A stretch of DNA of 62,450 nt, counting the filler, from Sluysia triapertura (lineage: Eukaryota), in NCBI GenBank assembly GCA_046118255.1. It is 4 parts of 4 records of this genome, joined end to end, with 100 filler letters (N's around TTAATTAATTAA, not from the genome) between each part and the next. Parts side by side here need not be neighbours in the genome. Positions count along the whole stretch, not along the records: positions 34,274 to 51,362 come from JBJNIA010192827.1; positions 51,463 to 62,450 come from JBJNIA010190530.1; 2 more parts are not named here. The stretch is one strand, 5' to 3'. The notes below the pieces were generated by a model, which was not told where the DNA came from, did no database searches, and worked only from the letters and a program-made list of their open reading frames with translations. Below, in pieces: positions 41,160 to 55,270 of the stretch. Numbering within the stretch: the stretch's first letter is position 1; every line of letters starts with the position of its first letter. Made by a program: the position numbers and the translations under genes.

Positions 41160-41833
41160 AATTTATCTACCTTATATGCTAATATAATTTCTACTGTGTC
41201 ACAGATTATATCTGATACTGTACAGTTTAGTACTTGAATCATGTATTAGTACCTGAATCGAAAGTTTTTAATTCTATCATATATTACATTTTTATAATTC
41301 ATTCCATCTAAATTATAATTTCCATTGGTACAAAAATCGTATTTGCTGTCGGTATAATTCCTTCCTTTACTTCTATATTTAAATCACTACTTATTCTTAA
41401 TTTTCCTGTTTCAAATAAGTATCTGCAGTCATTATTTACGGTGTGAATAGTGTCCTGTCTTTTAGTAAATATTTTCTTTTACAGTATTCCGTGCTGTCCA
41501 CAATACTGTAACTTAACTGTTCTTTTTTACTATGAACTATTTGACTTATGTACGTATTAGTCCACTTTCCTGATATAAATGGAATATTTCGTTTCCCACA
41601 TCTGATAATCATATTGGAGTTGCTTCTGGACAATTTTCTGTATCTTCTAAGGAAAAACTATTTCCAATTTCTGGGTAGCTACAGTTGTAATCGAATATTG
41701 TACCTGTCGGTCTTGTTCTGCACAATATTAATATTATTGCTAATATTTGGTTTAATTCTCCTAGGATTATCTTTTTTGTTTTCCTTGTTATTTCTTTCCA
41801 CCCTTCTTTTATATTATCCATTTTAAAAGACAT
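41160..41833 (-). pseudogene. N-terminal half of a chuvirus-like/retroelement envelope glycoprotein
   Basis: Hydrophobic ILAIILILC, then IFDYNCSYPEIGNSFSLEDTENC...FHLYQES...FIVKRTVKLQYCGQH...DCRYLFETG...CTNGNYNLDGMNYKNVIY...CTVSDIICDT. This fits the YDC..SLxDxxxC..LxQ..YCGxH..C......G pattern; several stops. Confidence 0.75.
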
Positions 41834-43899
41834 CTTTCCATTAACTCTCCTGCCTTTTTACAAGCATTCTGTTGGTGTGTGCCGTCATTAATTTGTACTG
41901 CCAGATGTACCATTATATTTATTATCTAAATTATTACTCCAACTTCGTACTCTAAAACTGTTTTATGATGTACAAATTCTAATGTCTTAGTTTTCATTTC
42001 TCTTTAATCATTTCAGCTAATTGCATCTCTATTTTATTTGGGTTTACTTTGAAATGGTAATACCGTCTAGGACTTGGTTTTAAAGATTTTTTCTCAAGAA
42101 ATGCACAATTTCTTCTAATTGAAACTTTATTTTTTGTGTTACGTTTGTGAGAAAAGTTTGTATAGAATAAATTTAAATATAATTTAACGTGAGTTCACCA
42201 ACGTTCTGGACTTACCGGCGAGGGCCAGCCGTTGGATTTTAATGCGAAAATAGATACATAACTATTAAGGAAAGATGATTTTCTATCTAGCACCTTAAAT
42301 CTGGAGATTAATATTTGAAAACGTTAATATTTTTTTGCTAAATGTTAAATACACAAGTTTAAAATGATAATTTTACATAAATCCCGTTATATGGGATCAA
42401 TAAAAAAGATTTTTCTTCCTAGAATTAATTTCTAGTATGGGAAATCAAATAAATTAGTCAATTTTAGGATTTTGAAGCTATAGAATTAAATAACAAACTC
42501 AACTTAAAATAGTTTATTAATAAAATGTAAAAAAGAGTTAAATCAATAAATATATATGTATAAATGTATAATATGAATTAATATTGTGCCTTAAACTAAA
42601 TGCAATTAGTTTAATTATAAAGAAAAATTTTAAAATCAGATTTTACCATAGATCGTTATACGATCCAAATGAAAATTTTTACAATTTGCGTAAGATTTTG
42701 CTATTGATATTTTTCAAATATCTAAACTTACTAAAAATTGAGCTAACGTGACTTGGTATGAATAGCTGCTTCAAAATAAAATTTGTCTTTCTCGAACAAA
42801 AATCAGAATTTGTGAAATAAAGATTTAAAATCAATATTTGTGGACGAATATTTAAAATCAAAATTTTGTGAAGTTTATGTAATTTTGTTGTTACTTATAT
42901 AGTAGTTTTAATCCAACCTTGAGGTTAGATTAAAACAAAAAGATAAATAAAATTAATTTTAAAATAAAGTTTTTTAATAATTAAGTCTTGTTAGCTCAAA
43001 AATTTAATAATTTAATTTAAAAATTAAAAATTTAATAATTTAATTTAATAAAATTAAAAACATACTTAAAATATAACAATATTCCGGAGTTAAAATTATT
43101 CCAATAAAATCAATAAGTTATAAAAACAAATAAAATCATTAAATTAATATAGTACAAAATTTCATTAATAAATGTCAATAAATTAATATCAATTGTGTTT
43201 GTCTGTTTATTCAATAAATTAATCACACACATAAAATTCTATAAATAAATGTTCTATAAATAAATGTCACACTGTTTGTCTGTCATAACACGTTCTATTA
43301 TATTAGAAGATTTTGGATTTTTTATTATGGTTTGTCGCTTTCATTATAGACTTTGTTGTAAAATTCTATTATTTCATCTATTTGTTCTTCTAACTTATCC
43401 TGATTTTTTAATTTATTTTCATTATAGTTTTTGTTGGCAACATTCCAAACTTCGGGAATTAATTATTGTATTTTTGAGTTCATTATCTCTTACTTCTTTA
43501 TCGTTTTCCAGTCCAGACCACACGTTTGGATTGTGGTCTACTAATTTTCCTCAAACCCTAATTTTCAGTTGCATCGTTTGATATACTTCTAATTGGACTT
43601 GTTTGTCCGGTTTCTTTTTTATTCCCTTTTCTGACACTTATCGGCGTTTCTTGCTCTTTATCTGGCTTTTCTCCAAGTATTTCTCTTATTTATTGATACT
43701 ACTATTTCTTACATTTGGTTCTTCTTAGTAGGATAACCACAGTCTGCAATTTTTTCGTCATCATCTAGTTCCTGGTCGTTAAATAATATTTTAATTTGCA
43801 TAATAACAATTAATCTTATTCTTAACTTTATCTCTGATGAACCTTGCAGGGGTACATAAGTTGCGTCTTTGAAAATTATTAAATTATTTAAAATAAATA

Positions 43900-45647
43900 T
43901 CAATTTAATTAGCTTAAAAACAATCTCATTTATTTAAGTATTTACTAGATCAAATATACATTTTCAATAATTCTCTTATTTAATATCAATGATTACTCAC
44001 CCAAAAATTAAGCTCTTGGAAATCAGATCAATAGAAATAACACAACAATTTACTGGTTAAATAAAATCAATTACAAATTAGTATTGTTATAAATCTCTAT
44101 TAAGCAGTACTAAAAATGATTAAAATGACGAGATTAACAATAACGTTTATAATAATCTCAAGGATATAACAATTTATCAAAAGAAACCAGAGTTGACGCA
44201 ATTCTAAGAAAACTATTAATTATGATTATCGCATATAAATTTTTCAACACAACGCAAGGACAAAAACTATTTTAATAAAATCCTCCTAAAAATAATATTA
44301 TTTTTATTTATAAAATAAATTCAAAAATTACTTAAAGCACGGATCTTCTCATTTGCATTACTAATTGTAATTATTGTTGTATTGTCGTAGTTGTTGTTGC
44401 GTTGTGAGATAAAATTTTTAAGTTTTAAATTTTTATATTTTCTTATCATCCAATAATTTCCAATTTTGTGATTAAACATTTTCTCAACATTCTTTGAGAA
44501 TAAGTCCCACAAATATTAACTTTGACACTTATATGGTACAGATTGTCAAACTTTATTAGATACAGAACACAAAAATTTGATTTACGAATATCTACTATTT
44601 TCCTTTACTCTACGCAATCCATTTTACTTAAATTAATTCTCACATTAAAATAACAATCATTATTATTGTTAACATACATATAAAATAAGTAATTTAATTT
44701 TAGTTTTCAGAATTTAACTGATTTTTGGTTTTTCACACCCCATTTTCTAATGAAAAATGTTTTAAGCTTCTTATTCTCAAAAGACCTTTCTACAAATATT
44801 TCAAACTCATTTCTAGATTTTTCTCTTTCAAAGCAATCATCTCATTTTCCATTCATTACATTTGCTTCACTTTAAGTATAAAAAATTCATCATTCCATAA
44901 TTAAAAATTAAGTAAAATTTGACTTTGCACAATATTAAGGCTTTTCTTGCATGAACTCGGTCAAACCATAACTTCATCGAAAGGTCTTTTCAAAACAAAT
45001 GCATGCACAGTTTTAAATTTAACATAGCATTCCGCAATCAAAAGTTATTCACAAAACGCACTTTTTCTTAATTAATTTATTTTTAGACTTAATCTTATTC
45101 TATATTTAAAGGTTTTATTGAGGTTCTAAAGATATTTAGTAGTTTATAAGGCATTCAGAAGACTGTAGACGTTTTCACCTTCACCTCTCTGATTCCATTT
45201 TCTATTTCTTCATGTTAATTATTATTATACTAGATTTACTCTTAATACCAATAACAATGATTTTATTTCTCAACTATTTCAAAGATTTTAAACATTTTAT
45301 AAGATTACTAAAGGATCTCAAATGCTCATCAATGTTCCAAGATACTTAAAGGTTACTAAGGTCTTAAATGATCAAAAGTTTCTAAAGTTCAAAGGTACCT
45401 TAATGTTTCTTAAGGTTTTTCAAGTCCATCTCAAGCTTTCATAAGGTCTCAAATCCTTATATAGGTCTTTGGAACCTTATGATATTTTTTAGTTGTTAAG
45501 ATCTTTATAATTTTTTTATTTTTCATGATTCTTATTTCAACAATGTTTACAATGCTCAATCCATCACTTTGTATAAGGTTTTCCTTCATTTTACAGTTCT
45601 ATATGTTTTTCATTCATCTCCTGATCTACGGTTGGGCAATCCCAACA
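43900..45647 (-). mobile_element. Repeat family A copy
   Basis: Terminus GGGCAATCCCAACA at 45647; colinear with the 3.7-6.9 kb and 49.6-50.9 kb copies. Confidence 0.7.
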
Positions 45648-48365
45648 CATATCGTTGGATTCCTTTTGTTTCGCGTAGCAAATTCAACTTGATTTTTATT
45701 TTACGCATAGGATTTGTTATGACTTATGTGATTACCATAATTCTTTAGTATAAGTTTTGCATATTCCTTTTCATTTTCATTAAATGTGTCTCTTAATATT
45801 TTTAATAAAGTTTCTCTTATTCTTTCAGTTTACTACTTTTTGTATCTCCTGTTGATTATTCTCTGAAGGCATTAAATAATCTTCCTCTGTGGTCTGTGCT
45901 CCAGATTCCAAATACTATCTTTTTATAGTTTATTTTGTAATGCTATATTTTCAGTTTCAGCTTTTTTTCTTTCCTTCCTTAATGCATTTATCTGTGAGTT
46001 TCTATGGTGATGCAAAAGGTACTTTGTCAAAAATGGAAAGCAGCCTATTATTAGTTTCCGATATGAATCCTGTGATTTTGTAAATTCTTACAACCGAACA
46101 GATTTGGGATATGATTAGCGCAGTTACCTTAATTATTATGTAAATACAAATTAATCCCGAAAGGCTTGGCATAAAATTAAGAAACTACCCCAGATTTGCC
46201 TTAGTGTATTTTGCGCTGATTTCTTAAAATGATTTAGTCCAAATAGCAATTAGAAATTTATTCTTCCGCTATTTTCATTAGTACTTGCGATATTTTTATT
46301 GGTAATATTATTTCTTGCCATGCTGCCTGTATATATTCGTTTGTATAGATACCTGTCTTTATATATTAGTAAATAAGTTTAATGATATATTGACTTTAAT
46401 TAACATTTTTGGATGCGTTTCTCTTTCAATTAATGCAATATTTTATAATAATTTTCTTGCTTTGTACTGATGCGGCTTACTTGCTTCACTTAATATAACC
46501 AAACTTGATTTAATACTTTGCGCATTGAACATGTTTAAATCCATAACAAGAATTTTATCATATTTTTATTAATATATTAATCAACTTTTATAAGAAACGT
46601 TTTTATATCTTCATTTACTGTTGGACTTGGAGTTTCTAATTTTTCTCCGTCATTTGGAGCGCTTATTGGCTCTAAATTTTCGTTACCTAAAATGGGTATT
46701 GAATCTATATCTGAAAATATACCATTAATTAATTCTTTTTGGTCTTCATTTGTTTTATTTTCTTGAATGGATAATATCAATTCCTCTTCTTCTTCTTCAT
46801 TTATTATATTATTATCTTTTTCCCATCTTCTTAGAATTGCCACGACATTTTTTTTCTTCTATTTCTTGGAGAGTTTTGACTATTTTCTCTTGTTTTTCTA
46901 GTGATTTTAATTCTTATTTTCTCTTCTTCTCTCCTTTTTTTCTGCAAAAGTTTCATAAAATATTCATGTAAATAATTGATAAATGCTTCATTTTCATCTT
47001 CTTCTCCTTGTTTTCTTCTTGATTCCTTTCTTTCCTCGTTAATATCAATACTCTCCAACTTCGCTCTACGAAATTCACTTCTTCTTCGCTTTTCTTCTTC
47101 TTCTTCATCTGTTAGTCTTCTTGGATATTTTTCATAAATAAATCATAGCAATTTATTTGTTCTTTGTCATCAAAATTTCAAAATTCTGTCTGAAATTATG
47201 TGTTTCGGATTTCAATTTGTGACATTTCCTAGCATAGTGTCCAGGTTTATTACAATTGTGGCACACTATTTCTTCGACCATATTGGTTCGTGTTTTGTAA
47301 TTCATGTTATTGTAGTTTGATCTTGATGGATCTTTATTTCTTTCAAAGTTATCCTTTTGTTTATCATTATTTGGCATTTAGGTAACAGGCGTTGTTCGTA
47401 ATCCCTTGAACCATTATTTGAAAAACTTCTTTCAAATCCTCTCGTATTTATTCTTGAATTATGATAGTTTGTTGCGAATTATGATAATTTATTCCTTGGT
47501 TTTGATAATTATTTCTTGAATTGAAGTTATATGAATTTCTTCTATTGTTTTCTCGAAACTTATTTATGTTTGTGTCGAAATTATTATTTGCAAAAGAATT
47601 TTTAAACTTATAACTTAAATTATACTGAAAGTTTTTATTGTTATTATTACTTACATAGCTTACATTATCTTTTTTCTCATACCCCTTAACTTCTTAACTA
47701 TTTCCTTAAACGTTTAGTTATCTATTAATCTTACAAATATACGTAGTTCAGGTCTTAAAGCATTTTTAAATTTGTCTATTAATGTTTCTCTCTGGTCACT
47801 AAACATTTTAATGCACAGGCGAATTCGTGAACTGTTTCGTTATTTTTTGCTTCCTTATATTTAACATTTTAAGATAACATTTACCTATGTTATCTAAAGC
47901 TATTTCTTCTGTAATGCGTTTAAAAATGTAGTCCAATCTCTTTTATATTCTTGATCTATCTTTTGTATGTTGAATTGCGACTCCTGTCAGATAATTCTGG
48001 ATCCTTTTAATTTTCTTTACTTCGGACCAGCCGTTGGTTTTAGCAGCGCTGTCGTAATCGAATAAAAAATCCCATAATTCTTCTTCATTACCATTGAATT
48101 TGCTCATTTCATGGAGAATAACTAAAAGAAAGTTGCCTTATAACATCTCTTAAATCTTCACCAGTTTCTACCATATTTTTCTTAGTCTTAATCTTAATAT
48201 TTTCCAATGAGTTAATTCTTCTTAATCCATTTCTATTTTCTTATCAATTCTTAAAATTTAGTATTAAACACAAAGTAACAGTTCTAAAAATCTCAATACT
48301 TAGATAATTCTACTTATTTAGAACTTACCTAAACTTAATAATTTATAAATGTCTTAATGTCAGTT

Positions 48366-48383
48366 GTCCCAATTCGGGTGACA
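48366..48383 (-). other. Degenerate primer-binding site (tRNA-Lys type)
   Basis: TGTCACCCGAATTGGGAC, a 2-mismatch copy of 60951-60968, ~190 nt upstream of gag. Confidence 0.7.
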
Positions 48384-48791
48384 AATCTTTGCTGAGTTTT
48401 TATATCTCCTAACAATGTATACTTTAGCAAATATAAATTTAATTAACGGGTTCGCTTGAAGTCAACGATACAATAGCGGAAGACATTGCTTCGAGATTTT
48501 TTTTATAAAAGGAATCCATATTCACGTAAAGTGTTTTCTTTTAAATAAACGAATTCTTCTTTTCCTGCAAATGTGAGGGTACACTTAACACGGTCAAAAT
48601 AACAAGAAATAAATTTAAACTATGCGAAAAATACTTTTAGCTAAATAAATCTTTTAATTGCATAACTTTCGCTTGTGTAAAAATGTTATTTTTAATAGTG
48701 GGAATTCCAAAACAATAGTTAGTGAGTATCTCAAATTATACAAAAATAACTTCGAAAACTTTATTAATAAAATAAAAATGAGTACGAGGTG

Positions 48792-48827
<36 letters not shown>

Positions 48828-49599
48828 ATTTAAGAATTTAAACATAATAATTGAATTTTATAAACGTAGTTTAACCCAAGAGTAATTATTGGGTAATTTA
48901 TTTCTAATATTATAGAAAAAGCTTATTATTAAATACTTACGTTGACATAATCATTAAATTAAATTAGATTCCAATTAAGTGATTGAATGTCTATTTGATC
49001 GGATTCCTTAGAATATCAATGTATATGGCAGAAGAAATTTCCAATCTCGAAGATAGGGCACTCCAAAGACTTTATAGTAGAGAAGAATTTAGAATAAATT
49101 TTTTTGTTGTGTGTCGTTCACGTTTAAGATTGTTTTATATTCAATTAATTCACTTTAATTTTTCCGACCAAAATATGATAAATAATTCAGTTTACTGAAT
49201 TATAAGAATACATAAAATGTTTATAAAAATAAATGATTTGTTTATTCTACATATACATTTAAAAAATTTATCTTTTAAAATGATTTGACGTACATTAAAA
49301 TGTTTACGAAACTTTTTCCTTTAAAATGATTTGTTTATGTTTTAACTCAAAATATTATTAAGAATTAATATTTGAATTCTAGAAAAATATTTTCTTTTAC
49401 TAACTAAAATTTATATTTATTTTCTTTCAGTATTTTATTAAAAATACAAATTGCAACTAATGTTTAAAAATATTTACATTTATTAAAATTTACAAATAAT
49501 TTATAGATTTTACAAATATAATTTATACACTTGACAAAATAAAAATAATAAAAAACATTACCATAATCATGGATTTTATTTTTTCATCATCGCTATGAT

Positions 49600-49852
49600 C
49601 GCTTGTGTTAAAAATTTTTCAAGTATTCGCTTTTATATCTCTGAATCGTCCAATCACTTTCAAACTCACAATCAGGAATTATTATTAAATAAATCATTAA
49701 AACCTCTTTTAAAGGTTAAACCGACTAAAACGACTTGGATATTTACATGGTATACCTGTCAAGTAAGACAAAACAATTCAATTAGCACTCATTTTTTCTT
49801 TTACTCTACTCGATCTATTTTTTCATGAATCACTTCTTACATTAAAATGCCA

Positions 49853-49897
<45 letters not shown>

Positions 49898-50872
49898 GAC
49901 ATACTTAAAAATAATGAATTTAACTTTAGTTTTAAAGTTTAATTAATTTTCAATTCTTCACACTCAATTTTTAATGAAAAATGTTTAAAGTTCTTTTTCC
50001 CAAACAAACCATTTCACAAACATTTCAACCTCATTTTCGGATTCTCCTACTTCATAACAATCACTTCATACCTAATTAATCATCTCTTCATAATTCTAAA
50101 TATGAAAATGTCATCATTTTTTAATTAAAAATTAATTAAAATTCGACTTTTCTCATTATGGAGGTTTCCCTCACATGAACTCGGTCAGACCTTACCTTCA
50201 TCGGAAGGTCTCTTAAAACACATACATACACAGTTAGAGTTTTAACATAGCATTTTTCATTCAAAAGTTTTTCTTAATTAATTTAATTAAGATTTTATTC
50301 AATTAATTATTTTAACTTATTTTATTCTAAGTTTAAAGGTTTTATTATGGTTATAAAGTTATGAAATACTTTATAAGGTACTCAAGAGGCACTAGATGTT
50401 TTCACCTTCACCACTCTGATTCCTTTTCTACTTTTTTATTTCAATTATTGATGAATCAAATTTATCTTTAATATTATTAACCATGAATTTAACTCTTGAA
50501 CATTTTTAAAAGTTCCAAACATTTTACAAGGTTACTCAAAGGTCTTAAAAGTTTATTAAGGTCTCAAAAATTTATTAAGTCCTCAAAAGTCTTCGAAGAT
50601 TCCAAAAGATCAACAATGTCTCAAATGATCCCAAGGTTCAGAAGTTCAAAGGTATCTTCATAGCTCAAGACATCTTTCCAAACCTTAAGTCTTCACAAGT
50701 GTCTCAATCACCTACAAAGGTCTTTGGTTTCAATATGATTATAAACATTTAACTGTTCATTACTCTTTCTCTAGAAATATTTAATTATGTATATATTATC
50801 ATATTTCAGGTATTTTATATCACTTTTTCTTATATATTTTATTTTCTATACACTAACTGGGCAATCCCAACA
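49600..50872 (-). mobile_element. Repeat family A copy with internal (TAT)n
   Basis: Terminus GGGCAATCCCAACA at 50872; CATGAACTCGGTCAGACC block. Confidence 0.7.
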
Positions 50873-51362
50873 AAATTGTTCTTCATTATAATAATTTGAA
50901 ATGAAATAATCACAAATAACCGCAAATTTAAAGACAAGATATAATTAAGGATCCACCACGTGGTCTTGTGGTGGTTCAACCCTTTACGATTACATTATAT
51001 CATCAACACTACATACAAACACAAAACCTCATCTTGAACACGTATCAAAACATATATCATTACACAATATTACATAAGTTCCCATATCTTCATCACCAAA
51101 TGTTAACTTTTAAAATAATAAATATATAATACCAGAAGTTTTGAATATTGATGTTGGGGGCTATAAGTGTCGATTTTATAGGTTTTCAAAATATCAAAGT
51201 CATATATTCAGGAATCTACGATGGAGTAATTTTCTAATGATAAGGATTATATCCATGATAGAATTATTGTTAAACCAATTCGAAAATATTGGGTTGAGGA
51301 ATAATTCATGAGCGTTTTTTTCAAATTTAAAAATGCACGCAGAAATAAAATGCATCGGCAAA

Positions 51363-51462
51363 NNNNNNNNNNNNNNNNNNNNNNNNNNNNNNNNNNNNNN
51401 NNNNNNTTAATTAATTAANNNNNNNNNNNNNNNNNNNNNNNNNNNNNNNNNNNNNNNNNNNN
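51363..51462. other. Assembly gap with artificial linker
   Basis: N44-TTAATTAATTAA-N44. Confidence 0.97.

Positions 51463-51536
<74 letters not shown>
51463..51536. repeat. (TAA)n microsatellite at contig end
   Basis: Direct reading. Confidence 0.95.
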
Positions 51537-51540
<4 letters not shown>

Positions 51541-54500
51541 TAAATATATTATACGGCCATAGTTATAATACAGAATGAAATTGACTATTAGATGGAAGAA
51601 ATTAATCACTAAATAAAAGTAGCGAAACAGTGAAAAGGAAAAAAATTGACCACAATATAATATCAGTATAAATTAATACGGCATTTTACTGAATAAACAA
51701 TAAAAATAGAAGTAAGTTTTAAACTTTAGACGAAATTTGCTACAAAGTTAATTGGACAATGAAGGAAAATTTATATTTATATTCATAACCAGAAATCAGA
51801 TAAAGATTATAAATTTATATGTAATTAATTGAATAAAAGAGTTATATAATTTTCCTGACTAAAGAGGTTTATATTGGAAATTGAGAATTACTAGACGAAA
51901 TTTTGCAAAGAAATATTATCCCATTAAATATTAATAGAATTAATTCTGGCCATCTATTATAAATTTCAGCAAAAAATTGAAATTGAAGTTTTCTCGTTTT
52001 AATTTCAAAATAATTTCACGCTTTACTCCAAAAAAATTTTGAAAAAATATACAATTGCAATGTTTATCGATTTTATTATTTATATTACAATAGTTTTAAT
52101 TGAATGCTCTAAAGAAGTTAATTGATTTATAAAATTTGGTGGTTTTAAAAGGATGAACGACTTCATATATAAAGATTTAACGTCTTCTAATAATCAGTTT
52201 ACGATGAATTTTAAAGAAAATGAGTATAAATAAACGTACATTTTAAAATTTTATTATCTTAAATTTATTACAGTATCAAATTTACTTGTATTTATCTTTA
52301 ATAATTTTTGGAACTATATTATACCTTTTAGTTTATGGTTGTATAAAATTACACTTCTTAAACTATAAAATTATGGCTTTTCTAAGGTTTTAATATTTTA
52401 TCATTTATTACGATTACTCAAATTATCATAAATATTATGTTTCGTATGAATTCTATCAATCGAATTGATGTATTGTTAAAGTTAGTTCCGAACTTGTTCC
52501 TGATGTTAGAAATATAAATGCACATTTTAGTAGTTAAAGTAATTTAAAATCTCTGCATTCAGAAATATATTAAATTCTTAAAACACTAAGGTATATTTAA
52601 TAACCAAACAAATACAAAAATGCATATCACTTTAATTTTTAAATTAATTTTGGCATAGTATTTATTGATCGACGTATTACTGTAATTATAAATCAAAACA
52701 AGAACCAAATAATTGTATCGAACATGTAAAAAATGCTTTATTTAACGTTATCTACCACTAATATGACCAATAAATTTATCAATTTCATTCTTTAATAACT
52801 TATCCTATGGAACTAACATCTTTCTGAAGTTGATAATATATAAATGATTCTAATATTTTTGTCTTTATTTTATCCTGCAAGATTGGTTTATTTATTTATT
52901 TATTCATTTTACAGTTATATGTTTGTTCGTGTTAGTTTGTGTTTTTAAGTATTCGTTTTTTCTATTTTAATAAAATCGTGGGTTTTCTTTTGTTTTTCAG
53001 ATTCATAATCTTCTTTACTTGCTACAGAATTGTTACTTATTTTCTTTATTTTATTATTATATAAAGCATAGCATTCTATATAATCAGCATTTAAAAATAG
53101 AATGTCCAACAAGTGTTTGCCAAAAATAAATAATTTCTTGTTTCTATGCCTCTTAAACAAAATATCTACTAGTTTCTATAAAGTTATTCACTTATACATC
53201 GTACACTCTAACCGAACCCTCCTAAAATGTATTTTGCCATAGGTTAAGAATAATAAAAACCCCAAGAAATACATAATTACCGAACAAATATAGTAATAAT
53301 TATAGAAGAAATTGGACATTAAAATTATTAAATGGTTTTAAATGGAATAGGCCATGCAACTGAGATTAACTATAAAGAGCACGTTACTTTAGAAAATTGT
53401 TACAGAATAGAAATAAAAACAATTGGTCATAATACAATATTATACAGAATAGTGATTCTTGAAGTGTGTTATCACTATCACCTATACATAAGCGACGTCA
53501 GAAAAGTGTGCAATGAGAATGATTATTATAGTTTTATATAATGCCTTATAATACTATATAATCTACTAATCGACAGATTGAAGATACATCAATCAATTAA
53601 ACAAGTAAAATTCTTTAAAATTTGTCGTATTGTTATGTTGGTCTGCTGCAAAATTTCCTTTGTTATCAAAAGGTTGAGTCACTGATTTAGAAAAAGGTTA
53701 TCAGTGAATAAACTACAAAAAAAACAAAATAGTAGTACAAAGTACTTAGCTATTGAAGAAACTTGTCACAAAATATCTGTAAAGTTAATCAAAAACTTGG
53801 CTTAATTTGTTCACTATTATATTATCGCACAATATTTTAAACGAATCAATTGTAAGTGCAATTACTTAATAAATAAAATGAAATTTATAAAATTATTCAT
53901 ATTCATAAAATTGTGCGTGGTCTTTCTTTATTGAATGTTTTATTTTGTTAATAAACTTTAGTAAATTAAGTGTTTGATTTATAATTTGAGTATAGAGATC
54001 TGAGGTTATGATTTGATTTAGATTCAACAAATTGAACTTTCATTTCTACCATCAGAGACGAATTCAGAAATTTCAATTAATTATAATTTAAATTAATTGA
54101 TAATATAACTCATCTAATATAAACTTAGAGTTAAACATTTGCAGTAATTTGAATTATAAATAGAAACATAAACCTACAACAAATTGTAATATATATTAAA
54201 TTGTGATATTATATTTATATTAAAAATAAAGTGTAATATTTTGTAAACATTTGTAAATATAATGTTCATTTGTAAATAAATAATGTTCATTTTAAAATAA
54301 ACTTAATTTTAATAAAATAATGTTAAAATAATATTCATCTTAAAATAACTCCTAAAATAATAATGCTCAAAAAATCACTAAGATTATAATGCTTGAGTAT
54401 TAATTTAAAATGAAATTACATGCAGTTAATATAACTTCAAAATTTAGTAACAATTAACTATCAAATTTAAATTAAATTTGTATAGTTAATCATTTTAAAG

Positions 54501-55084
54501 TGAGATTCAATAGGAGAATATGAAATTAAAATTTGCAAACATTAAACCTTACTATAATAGTTAAGAAATTATCTTAAAATAAGAATTAATAATAGAAATA
54601 TGAAATCAAATTTTAAGAGCATAAAACGCGAACAAAATTAATTTAAATTAAAGATTTCATAGAATAGACAAAACTGTATGTAATCAAATTTTAAAAGCAT
54701 TTTAATCGAATAAAATCATTTTAAATTAAGAATCAATAATAGTAATATGAAATAATAATTAAATAACGTTAAATTTGCTCGAACTTGGAATAATTATTAA
54801 TTATACTATTATAATTTAAGTAAATAATTACTGATTTGATGTAATGAAAATTATTATTTATTTTATGTATTACTGATAAATAAATATTGGTATGAAATTA
54901 TTCTATTTGATGTATAAATAATTTATTGAAATTATGTGATTCAATTATTGATTATATTGGAATTATAAATATCCATCAAAAATTATATCGAAGGAAATAA
55001 TATAGTAAAGTAATTGATTAAAAAAGATTATATAAACGAAGAAAAATTAACAAATAACACACAACGATTGATCAATTTTGGGCA

Positions 55085-55270
55085 TTATTTTTTTGTCGAT
55101 ATAATTCAGAGTCGAGATTAAACTTCTGACAAACATTAAATTGACGCAGATTATTGGTTCGAGCAAATACTGAGATTACCGTTGATCTATTTTACGTGTT
55201 ATTTTCGTCAACATAATTCGGAGTCGAAATTTAACTTTTGATAAACAGTAAATTGACACATATTTATTGT
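55085..55270. repeat. Two-copy tandem duplication, period ~112 nt
   Basis: ATAATTC(A/G)GAGTCGA..T.AACTT.TGA.AAACA.TAAATTGAC at 55101 and 55213. Confidence 0.7.

Larger units (their letters stand above)
43400..48383 (-). mobile_element. Degenerate Ty3/gypsy-like element: PBS, gag (capsid + CCHC), long charged ORF2 without recognisable pol; interrupted by repeat A
   Basis: PBS-like sequence at 48366-48383. The gag remnant 47700-48175 is homologous to ORF 60241-60768. CHNCNKPGHYARKC knuckle lies in 47153-47377. E/K/R-rich frames run from 47150 to 45648 and coding-like sequence resumes at 43880-43400. Confidence 0.7.

Noticed and set aside
45648-45680. Repeat A at 43900-45647 as the 3' LTR of the gag element
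   Set aside because: No polypurine tract precedes it, and coding-like sequence runs right to the junction and seems to resume on the far side. An insertion is more likely.
50949-50977. GC-rich hairpin CCACCAC-N8-GTGGTGG as a Helitron 3' end or terminator
   Set aside because: No CTRR end at a suitable distance on either strand, and no second copy in the window.
51415-51609. Poly-Leu ORF
   Set aside because: Translation of a (TTA)n microsatellite running into Ns.
55085-55270. CRISPR-like or LRR-coding repeat
   Set aside because: Only two degenerate units, period not a multiple of 3, eukaryotic context, no cas genes.
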